From the human T2T-CHM13v2.0 reference genome, Homo sapiens: DNA of 64,000 nt. Made by a program: the position numbers and the translations under genes. The notes under the pieces are model-generated. The model searched no databases. It saw nothing but the letters and a program-made list of their open reading frames with translations, and was not told where the DNA came from. Shown here in pieces: positions 55,972-64,000 of this stretch. The stretch is taken from NCBI RefSeq assembly GCF_009914755.1, contig NC_060942.1; one strand, 5' to 3'. Each line of letters opens with the position of its first letter. Position 1 is the stretch's first letter.

Positions 55972-58900
55972 AATGATCTCCCAGCTTTTTAAAATATTTA
56001 AGATGTGAAAATGGATCAAGGAATGTGAATGTGATAGTGTCACATCTCTGTTCTCCTTGTTCTCCTCCTACTCAGAAGATATAATCGCCCTGAATCATCT
56101 TGACACCTGTTTTGTGAAAATACTCCATGTACACATAAAAACCAGTGTTCCAGACAATCATTAAGTCTTTTATTCTGCAGTCATCTCACCAAAGATCAGG
56201 GAACTTTGGAGTCTGCTGAACAAAGTGACTCTGTTTCTTGGGATAAAGTGTCCCAGGATCCAGAAATAAGATAACTAGTAGGTAAATGCAAATTTAATTT
56301 TAGAACATAGCAACATACATCTTGTATGTAAATTGAGAGTGTCCTTTTAAGTTGACAAAGCATTCTAGCTACGCTTTTATTTACTTTATAAATAAGAGAT
56401 TGGTCCAAATTTTAAAAGAAAAAGTCTGCCACTGGCTTATTTCATGACCGTGTTCATGAAAAATAGGCTATGAGTTTCCTATTTGAAACTTAGACATGTA
56501 TAGTACTTGATATCTGAGTAAGGTGAGGTATTGTTTGCTTTAGTAGGTCAAACAGTATTTTCTTCTACTATTTTTACATTATTAATTTGCCTACTGTTTA
56601 AATAAATGGGAGGTACGTTTTCTCAAGGCTGGATATATCACCATTTCTGAATTAGTGGGATCTAACTTAATGGATTTTCCACATTCATCCATCATCTATC
56701 TTTTCCAGTTTGGTTTTCCATGCCCATATCAATAACCAGATAAACTAGGTGAGATTAGATCCTTATGCAAATAACATAATTTGTAAACACCCAAAATGAC
56801 TCCTCTGCCTTTGTCTCCAGAGATAATATTCAAATAAAAATTACCATGGATACACAATTAGGTCACTTTATTTTTCTTTAAAGAAAAATATTTTCCTTGT
56901 CTTCATTAGGACAAGATTAGTTGAGTCATAAGCAATCAAGACTCTCCAATGTTTCGTAAAATACATCAAAACATTCAACTGATGAGAGTTCAAAGCATTG
57001 AGAAATACTGAAGAGGCAGGCATGCAGGCAGGAAGGAGGCTGGCTGGATGGTGTCGGGGTGCAGGTTTATTTGTGTTAAACCAAATGGGGCATTTTGGGC
57101 AGAGTTTCTTCTGAGAGAGTTATTTTAGGATTCCAGGTAGTCAATCTTTGTGACTCCCCATCTCTCCCAACTCACCACATTCCTCTCCCCATTTTCCTTA
57201 ATCTTTATGAGGCACTATTTAGTAAATTATCATGATGAAGGTTGTGGCCATCCCTTGGCACATGTGTGGTGGTGGTTTGGTTTGCTTCCAGTGTTCTCCC
57301 CTGTACCACTCTCCCTGCCTCTCCGCCCGCCACTTCCTGCCTTCATTTCTCTCCTTGCAAGCAATCTCAGTCCTTCCAGCTCTTTCCTACCCACTCTTCA
57401 TCTCCCACTTCCTGGCTGTGTGATCTACTAGGGCCTCATGAGCTGGTAGAGCTTTTAGCAATCATAAAAGTGACAGGTGCTGTTGCATAGAAGACAGGGG
57501 ACCTTATATGTTCCTTCCCCTCAGTATCACCACGGCCCCTCTACCATGTCACCTAAAGGAATTATTGTTCTTTCAAAGGGTTTAGGCATTTTCAAACACA
57601 TCAACAAAATGCTGCTCTTACCTAAAAGGGAAAATTGCCATCTTAATTCTGATTAAATTTTAGGAATGTGTTTATCATAGAGAAAAACATCTATCTATTG
57701 GTTTTATCCCCCCATCTATCTATTGGTTGGTCTCTTCTTTATTCTTCTCATCCCTGACATCTCTGCTCACCTTTTGCAGGTGTCTTTGTAAGTCTTTTAC
57801 CCACTTCCTCTAAACTTTGAGATTTGACTTTCAAGGTCTCGTTCTCAATGAGGCAAATAAATAAATAAGAAGCTTGTTTATTATTCTGTCATTATTGCTT
57901 TATCATCATGACATGAAATACTGAATAATGAGGATGCAAACACCCATTTTAAGGGCCTATCACAGTCTTCTCTGTATAATTAATACCTATCATTAGATGA
58001 AAGTCATATCATTTGCAATTTGATGCAGCTTTCTTCAGAATTTCTTGATGACTCCTTGGTAGTTTATATGCTAGTGCACCTGTTGCTTGTAATCAGGTTT
58101 TATTAGATAAATAGACATATAGCACTTTGCATGCTCTCCTTCACTACTCATCTTCTCAAGGGGCCACTTGGAGTGCTGAAAAGCAGCTTTATTATAGCTT
58201 CTTTGCATAATAAGGCCGGCCATCCCTCCTCTGCCTCCTTGCTTCCCACTCGAAGGAAATATTGCATCTGTCTCACTATAAGGGGATTCATGCTGGATGG
58301 CCTTGTTATAAAGCATAGAAGTTGGAGGTATATAAATCTAACACATATCCATAAAAAGAACTTGTCTTAGACTAGGCTTATGGTACACTGCTCGAGTTCT
58401 GTTTTATCCTATTCCTGGAAAAATGAGCCATTGCTGACATTAAAAACATAGCATCTTGTAATAGTTTCTTGTCTCTTCCCTTTATTGCACAGACAAAGCT
58501 GGAGAGAAATTAGGTCACACATTTATGGGGTTTAAGTTTGCATGAAATCCTGCTCTATTTCTTTGTTTTAGGCTCCCAGGTAGCTAAGGTTTTAAATTGT
58601 TGCTAATCTCGTATATCATGACAACAATGGCCCTTGAATCCCATTGCCCTCCGAAGTACTTGTCATTACTCACAATGGGCCAGAGGAGCCGAGAGCTCAC
58701 ATAGAGACACGTGCAAATTCATCACCACTACTGAACTGGCAATTGCAAAGCCATGCCCTCCTGATGCTGGGTCAGTGGCTCTGGCCTCACCTATGAAGGA
58801 TGGCCCATTCTTTCATTTGGCAGAGCATTTTCCTGACCCAGAATCCTGAGGATGAGTAAGCTAATCTTAAAATGCAGAGGGACTGAATACTAAATGCCTT

Positions 58901-59088
58901 ACCAGCACCCACAGGGTTCATTGCACAATGTCCTTGTTTATACAACTCCAGAGCTGCCCTCCGTTTCCCCTGAAGTTGCAAGGTTTCACTAATGCAATAG
59001 TTAGGAGGAATGAGAGACAATATACTAATGGGAACTTCTGGGAACATTAATTAGTAATTTGTATGAGGTATTTGTGGAGGAGCATTCT

Positions 59089-59395
59089 TTTTTTTTTTTT
59101 TTTTTTTTTTTTATGACGGAGTCTCGCTCTGTCGCCCAGGTTCGAGTGCAGTGGCACAATCTCAGCTCACTGCAAGCTCTGCCTCCCGGGTTCATGCCAT
59201 TCTCCTGCCTCAGCTTCCTGAGTAGCTGGGATTACAGGCGCCCGCCACCACGCCTGGCTAATTTTTTCTATGTTTTAGTAGAGACAGGGTTTCACCGTGT
59301 TAGCCAGGATGGTTTCGATCTCCTGACCTCATGATCCGCCTGCCTCAGCCTCCCAAAGTGCTGGGATTACAGGCGTGGGCCACCGCACCCAGCTT
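59089..59395 (-). mobile_element. AluY
   Basis: Y diagnostics gcaagctc and ccgtgttagccaggatggt; 14-bp TSD tggaggagcattct (59075-59088, 59396-59409). Confidence 0.95.
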
Positions 59396-59559
59396 TGGAG
59401 GAGCATTCTCTAAGCTAGACTTGTGTTTAAAATTACATTTTGTATTTTACACACCTAAGAAAATTTCTCTTGCTTTTGTTAGAACATTGATTCTTAAAAA
59501 GTGTTTCTGAGGGGATAGTCCATTAAATGATTGAGAATGCCAAAGTCAGCCGGCCTGGG

Positions 59560-60095
59560 ACTTAATCTCTTTTTCCTACACTCTAACTAGACTTGGGGGA
59601 CAAGTTAGTTAATGTCTCGAAACTTGATTTTTCTCATCTATAAAATGGGAATGATAATAGTACCCACCTCGAAGTTGTTCTTATGAGTGAATTCGTGTAA
59701 AATGCTATATATGATAGCATAGAAAGTAGAGGCACTGGAGACAAATAGACTTGGGGTTCAATCCTGGATTTGCCTCCTGCAAACTATGTCATAGGCACAT
59801 TTTTAACCTCTCTAAGCCCCAGTTTTTTTCCATAAAAATGGGGATAACTACTAGTAGAATAGGTTTTGGTTATGGATGAAAAGAATATCTTGAAAACATC
59901 TGTTGTATCATAAATGGCCAATTAATATTGGTTTTCTTGTATTATGTTGTTAGAAACAACATGGTACAACTAAAAAACATGAACTTTTGATGGAAACAGA
60001 CTTGAAATTGACTCTACAATTAACGCCAGTGCGGCCTCTCCTTGCACAAGTTACATACATCTTTGAGCTTCAGTTTCCTCATTTATAAAATTATC
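59560..60095 (+). mobile_element. Cluster of three MIR fragments
   Basis: Repeated MIR cores: ctcatctataaaatgggaatgataatagtacc; aacctctctaagccccagttt; gagcttcagtttcctcatttataaaat. Confidence 0.7.
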
Positions 60096-61114
60096 GAATA
60101 ACTGCAAAACTTAAAAGAAAAACCATATATTTATATTAAACTCATGGCTCATATCAGTATAAGTTCTTCTCTACTTGGGCTACTAGAAGTCAAATATTTT
60201 ATAAAAGCAAAGTAAGCAACAATAACATTTTGAATTCTGATAACAGGAGAAACTTAGATTAAAAAGGACTAGCACTTCTTAGGTAAAGGAACACTTACCC
60301 GTAGTTCTTCAGATCTACTGTCAAGATAGATTATTTATCAAATGCAGTGAGTGAGAATTAAAGGATAAGATTAGGGATCAGAAGTCCCTTTTTGATAAGC
60401 TTTCAAGAAGAAGAATCTAGGGACGGGGCTATTTTTACTCATAGATTTCAAAGTTAAAAAATGACTAGCATCTCTTCTCTTGAGTCTGTGACAGTTTCAG
60501 AGAAACCTGGCTTACAGGGACAGAAGGACATCTTTCTAACTTAAAAGTGGTTAAAGGGAGTAAAGCAGTCCCACCCTTCCTTGGTATGTGCATTGGTACT
60601 GAACATTTTCCACTTTACATAGAACTTGAGAACTTGAGACCTTATCATGAAACCATATATTTGAGGCTCTATTCTTTAAAAAAAAGAAAAGGTTACAAGA
60701 AATTATAGAGGGAGCTTGCACAGCTGGCAACTGTTAGCAAACAAACCAAACCAAGAACAGCAGGCCAACATAAATTCTCACCAGAAAATACTGGGTGTGA
60801 GTCCCTTCTGGCCAAAAAAAAAAAAATTCAGTAAATCCAAAGCAAGGGATTTGAGGGGCCGCGATTGATTTTTTTGTTGAACTCCTACAGTTTCTCACTT
60901 CAACTTTATGAATAAAATTTAAGCAATAAAGACAATCTACATTATGTTATGGATTCTTACCCTGAGGTACTGAATACTTTCAATGAATATTATATTCTGT
61001 CTCCCAGTCACAGATCAAACAGCCTATTGAAATTTACTTCCCTAGACAGTATTCCTTGTGAAAATAAAGGAATCTTTAAGTTGTTGCTCTAATGCAGAGA
61101 GAAGGGAAGGCTCA

Positions 61115-61315
<201 letters not shown>

Positions 61316-61991
61316 TTACAACCTGTACTTGTGTTGGTATTTTGGGAGGGTAAAATGTTGGGTGATGATAGGCGTGCCTTCAATAAAAGTGTGACTGTTT
61401 ACATGATACAACTAATCAATTCATTAAAAAAGGTTTAGAATGTGAGGAATGAAACGTTTCTTAAAGTCATACCATCCAGAGTCTGTCATTGTTAACATTT
61501 TGGTTTACTTTTCTCCAGTATCCTTTTTGGAGGCTGGAAGAGGCCATTTATTTCTCAGAATAGTCATACTAATTATGCATCTTTGAATTTGGCATTTTTC
61601 ATTATCTATATTTCACCTTATTTTAAATTTTCCCCCAAACATAATTTTGATGGCTTTTTAAAAATTTGGATAAGTCCTTATTTTCTTTGTGAATCCCTTT
61701 CCTTTTGCTGTGCCTTCTTCTCTACCTTTCCATCTCTACAATCTCCAGATACGTATTTTATATGAACTGCCAAGTATAGGGAAAAAGAGAGGCTCTGAAA
61801 AAAAGGAGCTGTTTTCAATTAAATACTGAACTGTCATAAAATAAGCATCAACATTACGTTAAGTAGACCGACGAGTCTACTATTACTATCCTGTTCTAGA
61901 GCAGATAAATTTTTTTTAAATGTTGGTTTGTTAATTTCTCCTTAATAAGTAATTCATGCTCACTATAAGCAACAGTCAAATTAAATGAAAT

Positions 61992-62259
61992 TATTATTAT
62001 TTCTCTGAGACAAGGTCTTGCTCTATTGCTCAGGCTGCAGTGCAGTGAATGTGATCACAACTCACTGCAGCCTTAACCTCCCCAGGCTTGAGTGATTCTC
62101 CTACCTTAGCCTCCCTAGTAGCTGGGACTACAGGCATGCATCACCAAGCCTGGCAAAGTTTTCATATTTTTTGTAGATACAGGGTTTCCCCATGTTGCCC
62201 AGGCCGGTGTCAAACTCTTGGACTGAACTGATCACCTGCCTTCGCTTCCCAAAGTGCTG
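61992..62259 (-). mobile_element. Alu (AluJ-like), 5'-truncated
   Basis: Reverse-complement Alu ending at cccaaagtgctg. Confidence 0.9.
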
Positions 62260-63268
62260 CTCTCTCATATAGGGAATAAAAGCTCCTTTCTCCTAAATTT
62301 TACTCCTTAGGGGTAAAATTTACTCTGCATAGCCTTCCAGACTTTTAATAATGCATATCAAACACATACGTAAGCACTCTGTTTTTAAATAATGTGAGAT
62401 TATTCTAGATACAGTAGATACACTGCAGAACACTGTATCTTCTAGATATTCTAGAACACTGTTCTACAGTGTATCTAGAATAATGTTTTTACTTTCTGTG
62501 TCATAGCCTTCTTTCCACTGAGTTAATACAGTTCTCCATCTGGTCTTTTGACAAATATATAATACTTCATTGTAGAAAGGAGCCCTAATTTAACCATCTC
62601 TAATTGATGGACATTGAGTTATCTATTTCTTTGTTATATTAAATAGTGCTGCAATTAATATCCTCATGGATGTATTCTTGATTTCTTAAAGAAACGCTCC
62701 AAAAGTAGAATGGCTTGGTCAAAATGGCTTGGATACTTTTGTTTTGTTGGAAGATGGCAGATCACTGTCTTGAAAGGTTCTTTCATCTCACCAACAATGG
62801 ATGAGAATGTCTATTTCCCTACACATGTTCTTTTCAAAAGATGACAATTACGGAGTCTGATGAAAATACTCTCAAGATACAATTTCCTATTATGTGATAT
62901 AGCTCTACATTTCTCCCTCTTCTCTGTTGCACACCAAATGAAAAGACGTTTTGGAGAAAGGCAGGAGGGAAGGAGAGGTAAGAACGAACAGAGGAGAGAG
63001 GTGGAGACAAAGAGTCTGATGGCCTTCTGCCTGGCTTGCCATGTGGCTTGCAAGTACATAAATTAGAAGCTTGAGGGCAGCTGGGGGAGGCTGAACCATC
63101 TTGACTTCTGGATGGCTTTGGAACTACAGCATTGCTTCTTTGGAGGGGCCCAGCTGAGGTCAGCACAGGTGTCAGTTCAAAGATGGTCACAGAAGTAACA
63201 TTTCAGCTATCTGGGTCTTAAAGGCCTGCTTTTAACATGATTGGGGTGGTGAACGGGTGAGGGACTGA

Positions 63269-63579
<311 letters not shown>

Positions 63580-64000
63580 CTGATACCTACTGCTCTAACT
63601 CAACTACTCAACATTTTGCTGTTGAAGAAGGAAAGAATGAATGACGGGGAAGAGGAATAGCCCTTTCCAGCTGCTCCCTGGGAACCACTCTCAGAGCACC
63701 TTCTTTGCATTTATCACAGTGAAATTAAGTAATTAATTAGGTGGCTTAGTTTAATTTTTTTTCCCTTCTGTTTCAACTGCAGGATTTCCAAGGGCAGGGG
63801 CCAGATCTGCCTAATTCATCCCCTCGTCCAGCAACAGTTACCGGCACAGAGTGGGTGCTTAATAACAATCTGATAAACACACCCTCCTGTTTTCTTCTCC
63901 ACAGCCGCCTCCAGGACCTACATCACAGTGTAGAAACTGTCAGAGCAGTGACACTATTAAAAAAAAAAAAAATTTTTTTTTCACATTTTTAAATTATTTA

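Noticed and set aside
57688-57728. 16-bp direct repeat catctatctattggtt
   Set aside because: Simple local micro-duplication with no further structure.

Overview
Primate (very probably human) intergenic DNA, dominated by transposable elements, with no intact protein-coding gene. The only gene-derived sequence is a full-length processed pseudogene of WBP11 (~27.9-30.6 kb, +), which sits inside the A-rich linker of an Alu. It carries a 91-bp foreign insert, of which 76 bp was copied from a site ~2.9 kb upstream, ending in a fold-back. From ~9.9 to 25.4 kb lies an ancient LTR33-like/ERVL-class provirus with both LTRs. It is interrupted by a full-length L1PB (17-bp TSD; itself holding two Alus and a 65-bp L1PA tail), a MER58B and a second, antisense ERVL-type pol segment. 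Other elements are a HERV-H LTR7 solo LTR, THE1/MST/MLT1 LTRs, Tigger2a, MADE1, MER20/MER5/Charlie elements, about 24 Alu copies or fragments, and several small templated inverted or tandem repeats. I found no evidence of a new gene system; the notable signals are mutational and evolutionary scars. All repeat family calls come from remembered consensus sequences, not from a database search.
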